From Octopus vulgaris (lineage: Eukaryota): DNA of 64,000 bases. Below are positions 1 to 12,166 of this stretch, piece after piece (the first letter of the stretch is position 1; each line of letters begins with the position of its first letter). The notes under the pieces are model-generated. The model had not been told where the DNA came from. It saw only the letters and a list, made by a program, of their open reading frames with translations, and searched no databases. The translations under genes were made by a program, and so were the position numbers. The stretch is from NCBI GenBank assembly GCA_951406725.2, contig OX597815.1, positions 190,464,001 to 190,528,000 of the forward strand, given 5' to 3'.

Positions 1-295
1 ATTTATACAATTTATGGAATATTAGAAATTCTGTTTATATTAGAAAATTCTGCATGGTAATTTATCAAATTTGCAATTTGTATAGGAATTGCTTAAAATT
101 TGGATATTTTGTTTTTGAATGATATGTCAGAGTAAATAGGTGCAGAAAGGTAGCATGGTGCACTGCGTGAGACATTAAATACTATATGCCCACTATATGT
201 CACTGATGCATATGCATGTGTGTGTGGTGTGTGCATGTGTGTGCTTGTGTGTATGAGTGTGTGTGTGTGTGCATGAATTTGTGTGTTTGTATGTG

Positions 296-674
296 TGCAT
301 CGTCATCATCATCATTGTCATCATCATCATAGTCACCATCGTTGTCATTGTTGTCGTCATCATCAGCAGTAGTAGTAGCAGTATCAGCATCATCATCATC
401 ATCATCATCGTCGTTGTTGTTGTTGTCATCGTCATCATCATTGTCATCATCATCTTCATCACTGTTGTCATGGTGGTCATCATTATCATCATCATCGTCG
501 TCATTATCACTGTTATCATTATCATCATCATCATTATTGTCATCATTATCACCGGCATCATCATTATCAGCAGCAGCAGCAGTATCAGCATCATCATCAT
601 CATCATCGTCGTCGTCTTTGTTGTCATTGTCATCATCATCATCATCATCATCACCATTGCTGTTGTTGTCATAG

Positions 675-719
<45 letters not shown>

Positions 720-720
720 C
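296..720. repeat. Degenerate (ATC)n/(GTC)n trinucleotide microsatellite
   Basis: Directly visible; source of the poly-D/M/I/S ORFs at 193-754. Confidence 0.95.
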
Positions 721-808
721 AATCTGGCTGCTGCTGTTGCAAATCTATCAATGATGTGCTGGATGCCTATGAGTGTATGAAAAACTTGAGCACAATCATT
801 TCCAAACA
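675..808 (+). CDS. Candidate internal exon of an unidentified gene (S15-QSGCCCCKSINDVLDAYECMKNLSTIISK)
   Basis: tgttgtcatag acceptor, open frame, strong ca|gtaagt donor; its phase-2 end is compatible with candidate exon 3055-3215. No homology recognised. Confidence 0.3.
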
Positions 809-844
809 GTAAGTCATATCTTCTGAGATGTAACTTTAGTCTTT

Positions 845-1118
845 CAGTTCTATAATTAAGAGGTGAGGAATTATGTACATTATTTACATTATTTACATTA
901 TTTACATTTGACGGATATTTGTCCTCATCTTGTTTGTTGTTAATACAACATTTCGGCTGATATACCCTCCAGACTTCTTCAGGTGTCTTGGGGAAATTTC
1001 GAACCTGGGTTCTCATTCCTAAGGTATTTTTCAATGTTGCTGTTGTTATTATCATCATCATCATTATTATTATTATTATCATTCAAATCACTGCCTGGAA
1101 TTAAACTCGGAATCTCGG
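845..1118 (-). mobile_element. Penelope-like terminal repeat (pLTR), family 1, inverted and 5'-truncated
   Basis: Reverse complement of 1136-1470 and of 63219-63740, which follows a GIY-YIG remnant; degenerate hammerhead at 942-987. Confidence 0.8.
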
Positions 1119-1135
1119 CATAGTAGTTAAGAGCA

Positions 1136-1222
1136 AGCATATGGCGTAGGGGTTAAGAGCACAGGCTACTAACCCCAAGATTCCAAATTTAAATCTGGTC
1201 GAAATTTGATTCCAGGCAGTGA

Positions 1223-1264
<42 letters not shown>

Positions 1265-1470
1265 TGATGATGATGATGATAATGATGATAATAATAATAA
1301 TAATAATAATAAACATTGAAAAATACCTTAGGAATGAGAACCCAGGTTCTAAATTTCCCCAAGACACCTGATGAAGGCTGGAGAGTATATCTGCCGAAAT
1401 GTTGTGTTAACAACAAACAAGATGAGGACAAATATCTTTCAAATGTAAATAATGTAAATAATGTACATAA
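1136..1470 (+). mobile_element. Penelope-like pLTR family 1: tRNA-like head, (AAT)n, hammerhead
   Basis: tggcgtaggggttaagagc...tttgattccaggcagtgacctga, then (aat)n, then gacac-ctgatga-aggctg...ctgcc-gaaatgtt-gtgtt. Confidence 0.8.
1363..1408 (+). ncRNA. Minimal type I hammerhead ribozyme motif, family 1 (one stem II mismatch, CpG decay in stem III)
   Basis: Stem I GACAC/GUGUU, core CUGAUGA, stem II GGCUG/CUGCC, GAAA. Confidence 0.65.
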
Positions 1471-1542
1471 TGAACTTTAGTCTTTGCTTTGAATCGCTGT
1501 TGGTTGAAGTTGCAGATAGAAGATACAGATAGAAAGCCAAAC

Positions 1543-1576
<34 letters not shown>

Positions 1577-1577
1577 G

Positions 1578-1608
<31 letters not shown>

Positions 1609-1850
1609 GTAGATACATAGAGAGATTGATAAATAGATAAAGAGACAGACAGACAGATAGATTAAATGCTTTTTTCTAGATGAGAAACTCAAAGTAATGT
1701 AGTATATAATTCTCATTGGAAGATGTCTTCAGACAAAATAATCGCAATAAATATCTTGGAAACTCTAATGGAGGGATATGTTTTCCATTTCTTTCTCACT
1801 GGTTTTTAAATCATTGGCTGCAAAAGCCTCTCTGCAGCAAACATCTCTCA

Positions 1851-2988
1851 TTAACCCTTTCATTACTGTATTTCTGTCGAGATGCTCTATGTTTCTTTCA
1901 ATTAATTTTAGTAAAATAACTTAGTTATTATTCAGCTAGTGTTAGGAACATAAATTGTGACTAAGGTTTGGTGGAAGATTTTAATTGAGAACTTATGAAA
2001 ACAAGACATTTGTACTACAGAGCCAGATTTGGTTTCAAGTGGGTTGGTACCGAAAGGGTTAAATTAATCATTTGTTAACCCTTTTGTTACCATATTTCTG
2101 TTGAGATGTTCTGTGTTTCTTTCAATTAATTTTAAATATAACCAAGAATTTAGTAAAATAACTTAGTTATTATTCAACTAGTGTTAGGAACATAAATTGT
2201 GACTAAGGTTTGGTGGAAGATTTTAATTGAGAACTTATGAAAACAAGACATTTGTACTACAGAGCCAGATTTGGTTTCAAGTGGGTTGGTACCGAAAGGG
2301 TTAAATTAATCATTTGTTAACCCTTTTGTTACCATATTTCTGTTGAGATGTTCTGTGTTTCTTTCAATTAATTTTAAATATAACCAAGAATTTAGTAAAA
2401 TAACTTAGTTATTATTCAACTAGTGTTAGGAACATAAATTGTGACTAAGGTTTGGTGGAAGATTTTAATTCACAACTTATGAAAACAAGACATTTGTACT
2501 ACAGAACCAGAGCTGGTTTCAGCCAGGTTGGTAACAAAAGGGTTAAATTAATCATTTGTTAACCCTTTTATTGCCATATTTCTTTTGAGATGCTCTGTGT
2601 TTCTTTCAATTAATTTTAAATATAACAAAAAATTTAGTAAAATAACTTAGTTATCATTAAGCTAGTGTTCGGAACATAAATTGTGACTAAGGTTTGGTGG
2701 AAGATTTTAATTCAGAACTTATGAAAGTAAGACATTTGTACTCAGAGCCAGAGACAGTTTCTGCCAGGTTGGTATCAAAAGGGTTAAATGAATTATTTGT
2801 TAACCTTTTCATTACCATAAATATAACAAAGAATTTAGTAAAATAACTTAATCATCATTAAGCTAGTGATAGGAGCATAAATTGTGACTAAGGTTTGGTG
2901 GAAGATTTTAATTTAAAACTTATGAAAACAAGACATTTGTACTCAGATCCAGAGACAGTTTCTGCTGGGCTGGTAAGGAAAGGGTTAA
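1851..2988. mobile_element. Tandem array of 5 piggyBac-type (TTAA) MITE units, period about 242 bp
   Basis: Each unit runs ttaaccctttt/cgttacc ... ggtaac(g/a)aaagggttaa (terminal inverted repeats), separated by 12-bp attaatcatttg; unit starts 1851, 2075, 2317, 2559, 2800. Confidence 0.85.
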
Positions 2989-3054
2989 TATAATCTTGAT
3001 CTGCCAATGACTTGAATGTAAATTCTCAAATTGACAGTTTGTTTTCTTTGTCAG

Positions 3055-3215
3055 CAACTACCTAACAGCAGACAAGCAGTCATCCACAGATGTGCATTAT
3101 GTCAGTCAGCCTCTTTCGGGTGAACGAAATGGTGCAAAAAAGCCATTCTTTTGCAAAGACATGTTGGCATCAACAGACGTGCCTATGTCATCACCTATTG
3201 AACCAATCAACCGAG
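3055..3215 (+). CDS. Candidate internal exon, 161 bp (NYLTADKQSSTDVHYVSQPLSGERNGAKKPFFCKDMLASTDVPMSSPIEPINR)
   Basis: tttgttttctttgtcag acceptor, gag|gtacat donor, one open frame in non-repetitive sequence; no homology recognised. Confidence 0.4.
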
Positions 3216-3582
3216 GTACATGTTTCATCAACAAACATGGTTATATTATCATTTCTTTTTAATTAATCTGTGACTCAGAAGGATGTTGTATTTAATGAGC
3301 CTTGCCTTAAGCAATGGCGTTATAAAAGAGCTCACCAGAAGGGATAAATGTATTCAGATGCATGGAATCTATTGCAGAAGCAAAATAGCTACATGAATAA
3401 AACCATGAGATATTAATTCATAGGTTGTAAAATGTAATCTGCTTGTGTTGCTGTGGGTATAATTGATTAGATGAACACCAGAATTATTTCATCAACACAT
3501 GTAGGAAAAAAGATGAAGAGGGTCAAAATAACGACAAGGAACATTTGAACTCAGAAATTAAAAGGATTTCACTAATTTACAG

Positions 3583-4232
3583 GTTTGGTTGTGTGGTAAG
3601 AAGTTGCTTTGCAACTTCATGGCTCTGGGTTCAGTCCCACTGCACAGCAGTGTCTTCTACTATAATCTCGAGGAGACCAAAGCCTTGTGAGTGAAGATGG
3701 AAACTAAAAGAAGCCCATTATGTGTGAGTATATATATATATATATTTATATATATACCATCATCATCATCATCATCATCAATATCCCTCTGTATGGTACC
3801 TTGGGCAAGTTTTTTCTCTCTTAGCTCCAGGAAAACCAAAGCTTTGTGGGTGGATTTGGTAAGCAGAAGGTGAAAGAAACTTGTAGTAGATATATATGTG
3901 TGGGGGGCTGCATGCATGTGCATGTTTGTGTGTGTGTGCATGAGTGTGTGCATGTGCATGTGTGTCTGTGTGTGTATATGTGTGTGTGTGTGGGGGGGGG
4001 GGGGTACTGTCTCCTTGCTTTGACATTGCATGACGGTTGTAAATGCCATGGAAGCTGTGTCCTTCATTTCGAATCTTCCGTGAAAATATGTCCTGTTACG
4101 GGGAAATATTACCTTACTGGAAACAGACGAGGGTTGGCAACAGGAAGGACATCCAGCCATGGAAAATCTGCCAGAACAAATTCTCTCCAACTCATGCTAG
4201 CACAGAAAAGTGGACATTAAAATGAGGATGAT
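3583..4232 (+). mobile_element. Degenerate SINE-A head fragments followed by an alternative tail ending in an RTE-like 3' end
   Basis: gtgtggtaag...gggttcagtcccactg head; tail ggttggcaacaggaaggacatccagcc...catgctagcacagaaaagtggacattaaaatgaggatgatga. Confidence 0.6.
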
Positions 4233-4257
4233 GAATTATTAAATACAAACTACATTA

Positions 4258-4620
4258 TCAAAATCAAATCAAATCGCAATCAAATGGAAATTGTAGTTGT
4301 GATCCCCATGCCAGTGGCATGTAAAAAGCACCATCTGAACGTGGCTGATGCCAGCGCCGCCTTGACTGGCTTCTATGCTAGTGGCAAGTAAAAATAGCCA
4401 TCTGATAGTAGTCGATGCCATCCCCTGTGGCCCCTGTTCTGGTGGCTCGTAAAAAACCACCCACTACACTCTTGGGGTGGTTGGCATTAGGAAGGGCATC
4501 CAGCTGTAGAAACACTGCCAGATAAGACTGGAGCCTGGTGCAGCCTCCTGGCTTCCGAGACCCCAGTCAAACCGTCCAACCCATGCCAGCATGGAAAACA
4601 GATGTTAAACGATGATGATC
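4258..4620 (+). mobile_element. RTE LINE 3' UTR fragment (family C)
   Basis: Matches the reverse complement of 33499-34000; three diverged 63-bp modules; ends aacccatgccagcatggaaaacagatgttaaacgatgatgat. Confidence 0.8.
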
Positions 4621-5549
4621 ATCATCAGTATCATTTATTGAAATATTCACAAATACGAACTGTTATAAATTAAGTGAAGATAGGATGTTGGATTGACAGA
4701 GTATTATGACACAAGTGAAAACATCATTTTAAGTAGTCTTAATACCTGATGCCTTCAGCAGAATTTTCTCCAAAAACAAATTATTGTAGAGGCAAGATTG
4801 TTTTAGGATAAGACAAAATGAGAAAGGAATATTTGCATTTTTGAGCATTCGGCAGTTTCAAATATCTCTGGACAAATTATAATTGTAGTTCTATAAGGTT
4901 TCTTGCTTCTAGTTTAATGATAAATCTCAACCATTATCCAAAGACATTTACACTGAGAATATTAATTTCATTGGACAAGTGCTTAACAACAACTACTACA
5001 ACAACAACAACAGCAGCAACAACAACAATGAAAATAAATATTTAAACGGAAAGAAAAAGAAAGCAGCTGCTGAAAAATATTTTAATTATTGAAATGTATT
5101 AAAGTTGATAGAAATGAAATATACCCATTCCATATGCTAATTATTTTCTGGCAAGATGAAAGATTCAACCACACAAACAGGTTTAAAATGTTCAAATATA
5201 TTAATGTTTTAAATATTTTTGGCAATAGTTTGAAAACGATTAATAAAATCTAATATAACTGTAATATAATATAAACATAATTTAGCATTTGTTTGTTGTC
5301 GTTGTTTTTATGTATTATTTTTTGTTTTTGTTTTTTCTTATTGATTAACTTCATTATAATGGAAAATGGATTATTAGTTAAATGACTTCAACACTTCAAA
5401 ATATAGCCTGGTTCAAAAATATATACAATTCCATTTATGTTTACATAGCAGAATATTGAATGAAACAAGAGATGGTTTTTCAATAACATTTTCGATTGAG
5501 ATACAGTATACAGAATACCACAAACTGTGTCTTGCAGCCTATCTTCCTC

Positions 5550-6026
5550 TACTCTCTTTACTCTTTTACTCTTTTACTTGTTTCAGTCATTTGACTGTGG
5601 CCATGCTGGAGCACCACCTTTAGTCAAGCAAATCGACCCCAGGACTTATTCTTTGTAAACCTAGTACTTATTCTATCGCCTAGTACTCATTCTAATCTTT
5701 TATTCTTTTATTCTATTCTTTAATCTTAGTACTTATTCTATTCTTTTGCCGAATCGCTAAGTTACAGGGATGTAAACACACCAGCATCGGTTGTCAAGCA
5801 ATGCTAGGGGGACAAACACAGACACACAAACACACACACATATATATATATACATATATACGACAGGCTTCTTTCAGTTTCGGTCTACCAAATCCACTCA
5901 CAAGGCTTTGGTCGGCCCAAGGCTATAGAAGACACTTGCCCAAGGTGCCACACAGTGGGAATGAACCCGGAACCATGTGGTTGGTAAGCAAGCTGCTTAG
6001 CACATAGCCACTCCTGCACATTGTTT

Positions 6027-6079
<53 letters not shown>

Positions 6080-6240
6080 GACAGGCTTCTTTCAGTTTCC
6101 GTTTACCAAATCCACTCACAAGGCTTTGGTCGGCCCGAGGCTATAGTAGAGGACACTTGCAAAAGGTGCCATGCTGTGGGACTGAACCCATAACCATGTA
6201 GTTGGTAAGCAAACTACTTACCACACAGCCACTCCTGTGC
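5550..6240 (-). mobile_element. SINE-A (tRNA-headed, probably octopus OR-type): full copy plus a second head fragment
   Basis: On the minus strand: A-box tggctgtgtgg, B-box ggttcagtccc, CORE-like ccttgggcaag, internal (TA/TG)n, tail ggtgctccagcatggccacagtcaaatgactgaaacaagtaaaagag. Confidence 0.9.
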
Positions 6241-6304
6241 CTCTGAGCAATTTTATTATGGCTAGAAATCACAAATGTAAGGAGAATAAGTGAAGTAGAA
6301 ATAA

Positions 6305-6520
6305 TCTTTTCTACTATAGGCACAAGGCCTGAAATTTTGGGGGAGGGGTTCCGTTGATTAGCTCAACCCCTGTATGCAACTGGTACTTATTTTATTGACC
6401 CCCAAAAGGATGAAAGGCAAAGTTGACCTCGGCAGAATTTGAACTCAGAATGTAGCAACAGGCGAAATGCCGCTAAGCATTTTGCCTGGTGTGCTAATGA
6501 TCCTGCCAGCTTGCCCCCTT
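6305..6520 (-). mobile_element. SINE-B, tail variant 2
   Basis: Head ggcaagctggcaggatcattagc, core gcctttcatcc...ggggtc, tail ccccaaaatttcaggccttgtgcctatagtagaaaag. Confidence 0.85.
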
Positions 6521-6654
6521 ACAAGTGAAACAGAAATAATACAATGTAGAATTGAACCTGTGTCACAGAATTTTGGGGTTTTTCACTACTGTTTGGGGAT
6601 CACTTCTTTGAAGATAAATTCATCTTAGATTCTAACCCATAGAAAATTATTCTT

Positions 6655-7275
6655 TTATTCTTTTGCTGTGTTCATGCTGGAGCACCGCCTTAAGTTGAAC
6701 ACATCAACCCCAGGACTTATTCATTGTAAGCCTAGTATTTATTCTATCGGTTTCTTTTGCTGAACTGTTAAGTTACAGGGACATAAACACATGAGCATCA
6801 GTTGTCAAGTGATGGAGGGGGACAAACAGACACAAAAACATACATACTCACACACACACACACACATATGACAGGCTTCTTTCAGTTTTCTTATTTCTTT
6901 ACTGCCCACAAAGGGCTACACACAGAGGGGACAAATAAGGACAAACAAACGGATTAAGTCGATTAGATCGACCCCAGTACATAGCTGGTACTTATTTAAT
7001 CGACCCCGAAAGGATGAAAGGCAAAGTCGACCTCAGTGGAAATTGAACTCAGAACACAATGGCAGACAAAACGCTGCTAAGCATTTCGTCCTGTGTGCTA
7101 ACGTTTCTGCTAGCTCACCGCTTTCTTTCAGTTTCCATCTACCAAATCCACTCGCAAGGCTTTGGTCGGCCCGAGGCTGTGGCAGAAGACACTTGCCCAA
7201 GGTTCCACACAGTGGGACTGAACCCAGAACCATGTAGTTGGTAAGCATGCTACTTACCACACAGCCACTCCTGCA
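6655..7275 (-). mobile_element. SINE-A interrupted by SINE-B (6891-7121) with target-site duplication
   Basis: ttctttcagttt duplicated at 6877-6888 and 7123-7134. Confidence 0.85.
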
Positions 7276-7700
7276 CCGACAGGAATCGAATCTTCAGAAT
7301 AATTAACCTACCAGTTTAATAAAACTAAACATATCAGAAGAAAAAAGAATATAATTTTCATAAGGCCTTTTCATTTTTCATATATGTATGGATATACATA
7401 AATACACACACACACATGATATATATATATAATATAATATATCAATGTAAGATCCAAAGATCAAAGTACAGGAAGAAAGTGAGCTTCAAGCAATCCATAG
7501 AAAATATAAAAAACAACTTTCAGGAAAAAATAGTGGTTTATTGATGCAGAAAGTTGTGAATTTTTCCCATATCGAGTAGCCTGCAGTATATACCTCACTT
7601 GGATATTTACTACTTCTGAGATCCTGCTCACTATGAAACGTATGTAGCCCACATTTTATCAACTCCATTCCTTAACTTTTGGATTAGTATAATACGATAT

Positions 7701-8095
7701 ACTCTTTTACTTGTTTCAGTCATTTGACTGCGGCCATGCTGGAGCACCGCCTTTAATCGAGCAACTCGACCCCGGGACTTATTCTTTTGTAAGCCCAGTA
7801 CTTATTCTATCGGTCTCTTTTGCCGAACCGCTAAGTAACGGGGACATAAACACACCAGCATCAGTTGTCAAGCAATGCTAGGGGGACAAACACAAACACA
7901 CAAACATACACACGCATATATATATATATACATATATACGACAGGCTTCTTTCAGTTTCCGTCTACCAAATCCACTCACAAGGCATTGGTAGGCCCGAGG
8001 CTATAGTAGAAGACACTTGCCCAAGGTGCCACGCAGTGGGACTGAACCCGGAACCATGTGGTTGGTAAACAAGCTACTTACCACACAGCCACTCT
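7701..8095 (-). mobile_element. SINE-A, near-consensus full-length copy
   Basis: High similarity to 44148-44550 and 34718-35110. Confidence 0.92.
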
Positions 8096-8097
8096 AT

Positions 8098-8458
8098 AAT
8101 TTTTTCTACTCTAGGCACCAAGCCCAAAATTTTGGGGGATGGGGGAGCAGTCGATTAGATTGATCCCAGTATGCAACTGGTATCTAATTTATCGACCCCG
8201 AAAGGATGAAAGGCAAAGTCAACCTTGGCGGAATTTGAACCTTGGCGGAATTTGAACCCAAAACGTAAAGACTTTGAACCCAAAACTTAGCGAAATACTG
8301 CTAAGCATTTTGCCTGGAATGTTAACATTTCTGCCAGCTCACTGCCTTATAATCTTTTCTGCTCTAGGCACAGGGCCCGAAATTTATGGGGAGGGGGGCA
8401 GTCAATTAGATCGACCCCAGTATGCATCTAGTACTTAATTCATCGACCCTAAAAGGAT
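8098..8458 (-). mobile_element. SINE-B tail variant 2: full copy plus partial copy
   Basis: Family B core with local duplication of aaccttggcggaatttg. Confidence 0.85.
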
Positions 8459-8750
8459 GTATGTGTGTATGTATGTATGTGTGTTTGTGTGTATGTATGT
8501 ATGTATGTATGCTTGTATGTATGTATTTATGTATGTATTTATGTATGTATGTGTGTATGTATGTGTGTATGTATGTATGTATGCTTGTATGTATGTATGT
8601 ATGTATGTATGTATTTATGTATGTATGTATGTATGTATATATGTATGTATGCTTCTATGTATGTATGTATATATGTATTTATGTATGTATGTGTGTATGT
8701 ATGTAATTATGTGTGTATGTATGTATGTATGAACGCATGTGTGTATGTAG
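8457..8750. repeat. (TATG)n microsatellite
   Basis: Directly visible. Confidence 0.95.
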
Positions 8751-9304
8751 CAAGTAACATGATAAGACATTGAAAAATGGATACTTTATGTTTAAGCCAA
8801 AAAAAGTACTAACCAAGTATAATAGATTAAAGTCTAACTGGTGGGGTGGAGTTGGGGGGGGGCTTGTTCAACCATTGTTACAAATATCCTGCTGGGTGTT
8901 CATATATTTATGCTAATACATGTGGAACATTAAAGAGAGAGAGAGAGAGAGAGTTTATCAGCATGACTGCAAAGGCATGGGATAATATGTTGACCTGTTA
9001 AACACGCTTATAAATCTTATGTAAATATCATGAGTAGGCAGGTTCAAAAGGTTCAGAGTCCATTGCTTAGATTCTGTTCCATAGTGATTAGCAGACGTGA
9101 GATAACTGCTTCTGTTCGCCTAGATCAAATGCCAGTCCATTGCAGAATAGATTCCTAGATTATTGTGTGACTGTTTTAGACGGCAGCTGGGGAGAAGTAA
9201 GTACATGGCTTTGGAAATGTGTGCCTTGCTTAAGTAGACATTCCAACAAAATGTCTGTGTCTCACAATGGCAATTTCCATCTAGCAGCTATCACTTGGTC
9301 ATCT

Positions 9305-9537
9305 TAGGCGGCGAGCTGGCAGAAACATTAGCACGCCGGGCGAAATGCGTAGCCGTATTTCGTCTGCCGTTACATTCTGAGTTCAAATTCCGCAATGGTT
9401 GACTTTACCTTTAATCCTTTCGGGGTCGATAAATTAAGTACCAGTTATGCACTGGGGTCGATGTAATCAACTTAATCCCTTTGTCTGTCCTTGTTTGTCC
9501 CCTCTGTGTGTAGCCCCTTGTGGGTAGTAAAGAAATA
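9305..9537 (+). mobile_element. SINE-B tail variant 1, full length, 16-bp TSD
   Basis: tatcacttggtcatct at 9289-9304 and 9538-9553; head ggcggcgagctggcagaa, B-box gagttcaaattcc. Confidence 0.92.
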
Positions 9538-9813
9538 TATCACTTGGTCATCTCTGTACAGCTATCATATTATAATGAGCAAATTTGGGGTGGGGAGGTA
9601 AGAGAATCGATAGAGCATCAGACAAAATGCTGTGTGGTATTTCTTGAGGTTATTTATATTCTAAGTTCAAATTCCAAGAGGTCTACTTTGCCTTTCATTC
9701 TTTCAGGATCAATAAAATAAGCACCAGTCATGTAATCAACTAGCTCCCTTCTCCAAAATTGCAGGCCTTGTATCTATTATAGAAAGGAGCATCATATGTA
9801 AGTTTGGAATACC

Positions 9814-10505
9814 TTAACCCTTTTGAGATGCTCTGTGTTTCTTTCAATTACTTTAAATATAATAAAATATTTAGTAAAATCTCTTAGCTGTCATTAAGCT
9901 AGAGTTAGGAACATAAATTGTGACTAAGGTTTGGTGGAAGATTTAATTCAAAACTTATGTAAACAAGACATTTGTACTACAGAGCCAGATGTGGTTTCAG
10001 CCAGGTTCGTATCAAACGGATTAAATTAATCATTTGTTAACCCTTTTGTTACCATATTTCTGTTGAGATGTTCTGTGTTTCTTTATATTACTTTAAATAT
10101 AACAAAGAATTTAATAAAATAACTTAGTTATCATTAAGCTAGTGTTAGAAACATATATTGTGACTAAGGTTTGGTGGAAGATTTAATTCAAAACTTATGA
10201 AAATATGACATTTGTACTACAGAGCCAGAGGCAGTTTCAGCCAGGTTGGTAACAAACGGATTAAATTAATCATTTGTTAACCATTTTGTTACCATATTTC
10301 TGTTGAGATGTTCTGTGTTTCTTTCAATTAATTTTAAATATAACAAAGAATTTAGTAAAATAACTTAGTTATCATTAAGCTAGTGTTAGGAACATAAATT
10401 GTGACTAAGGTTTGGTGGAAAATTTTAATTCAAAACTTATGAAAACAAGACATTTGCACTCAGAGCCAGAGCTGGTTTCAGCCAGGTTGGTAACAAAAGG
10501 GTTAA
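9814..10505. mobile_element. Second tandem array (3 units) of the TTAA MITE
   Basis: Unit starts 9814, 10037, 10277; same attaatcatttg spacer as 1851-2988. Confidence 0.85.
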
Positions 10506-11165
10506 TAATGTCAGTGAGAATCCGAAGTATCTGGTATTATTTTTGAAGTATTTCAAGCCATTGTGAAATAGTGTGATAGTTAATTTATCTAGCTGATAGA
10601 GAATGGAATGTTTTGGTTCAACTAATTTTCAGATTCGTTTAAATCAAGTATGATTGATTTAGGAAATTACACGAAATCAAGTGAATATTTCAACTCCATC
10701 TAGAGATTTATTCTGTATGTCATTATCATTAATATATTCCAGAGACACCTCGCTTCTACAAATAATAATATTGCAGTGTTGTTATAGAAAATATAACTAT
10801 TATCTAATCAATAAATATTTATCTACTGCAAGTGTGATAAATAGAATGAATTGCTTGAGTTTTCTTAATCGGATCTGTCAATTAAAAATAAGCTCTTTTG
10901 CTTACAGATATATGCTTTCCTACTAATGTTTGTATTAAAATTTGAGGGTAGGAGCACTTGTCATTGATGTTAATGGTAAAAAGCAATTACAGAAGTACCG
11001 TTATGAAAGGTCGTTAAAGGTGGAGAATGCAAAAGATAAAGTGGTACACTGCATATTGATCTGACAGAGGGACCAGGCAATTCAGCAAAACACTCATTAA
11101 TTTCACAATGCTCCTACTGCTTACAGTGCTGAGTTCCATCCCTTGACGGTAATACTTACGTCAAA

Positions 11166-11585
11166 AGGCGGTGAGCTGGCAGAAACATTAGCATGCCGGG
11201 CAAAATGCGTAGCCATATTTCGTCTGCCGTTATGTTCTGAGTTCAAATTCCGCCGAGGTCGACTTTGCCTTTCATCCATTCGGGGTGGATAAATTAAGTA
11301 CCAGTTACGCACTGGGATCGATGTAATCGACTTAATCCATTTGTCTGTCCTTGTTTGTCCTTTCTGTGTTTAGCTCCTTGTGGGTAGTAAAGAAATAGAT
11401 ATTTTGTCAGTCGCTACGTTATGAGTTCAAATTCCGCCAAGGTCGACTTTGCCTTTCATCCTTTCGGGGTCGATTAAATAAGTACCAGTTACGCACTGGG
11501 ATTGATATAATCGACTTAATCCATTTGTCTGTCCTTGTTTGTCCTTTCTGCGTTTAGCCCCTTGTGGGTAGTAAAGAAATAGGTA
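11166..11585 (+). mobile_element. SINE-B variant 1 with tandem duplication of its 3' ~185 bp
   Basis: Two consecutive core+tail units; ggtaatacttac at 11148-11159 and 11582-11593. Confidence 0.88.
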
Positions 11586-12130
11586 ATACTTACTATTAGC
11601 AGACTGCATTATTCAGAGTTAAGTATCTTGGTTGTAATTCAGTGCAGCATCCCTAACACAAATTGTGTTATATGCTCTTTGTCCCTAGATTGACCCCTTA
11701 ATTTAACTCAGCCTTGTACAACTATTAAAACAGCAAATTTATTAACAATACACATCAAATGGATCCTAAACTCTGAGGAATTTTTATTTCATGTTTGGTC
11801 TTAGTGAGATACATTTTTGGTCCATTCTGATTCCTTTTGTCCCCAGTAATCAAATTTTATCTAATTTAATAACTCTTCTCATATGTTGAATTACAACTTA
11901 GTAGCTTATTATTGGATTGATTGCTTTCACTTAATCAGGATGATTTAATGAGGAAAAAAAAAAAGAAAATCGTACGATGAATCAGAAGGAAAATACGCTC
12001 TTAAACAAATTTCAGTGTATTCTTTTACAAATCTCACTCTGATGTCCACCATGTTCCTAAGCTTTTGAAAGAATGAAAAGAAAAAATAACGAATGAGGGA
12101 GAAAAATACTTTCTGTAAACAGCAAAGCAA

Positions 12131-12166
<36 letters not shown>

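Noticed and set aside
193-754. Poly-D/M/I ORFs, and all similar YI/HT/CV/MY ORFs across the window
   Set aside because: Translations of simple microsatellites
1851-2988. Repeat-spacer array as CRISPR
   Set aside because: Units are 230-bp TIR elements and the spacers are essentially identical
7461-7668. Short minus-strand ORFs as exon or retroelement remnant
   Set aside because: No convincing splice signals or recognisable motifs
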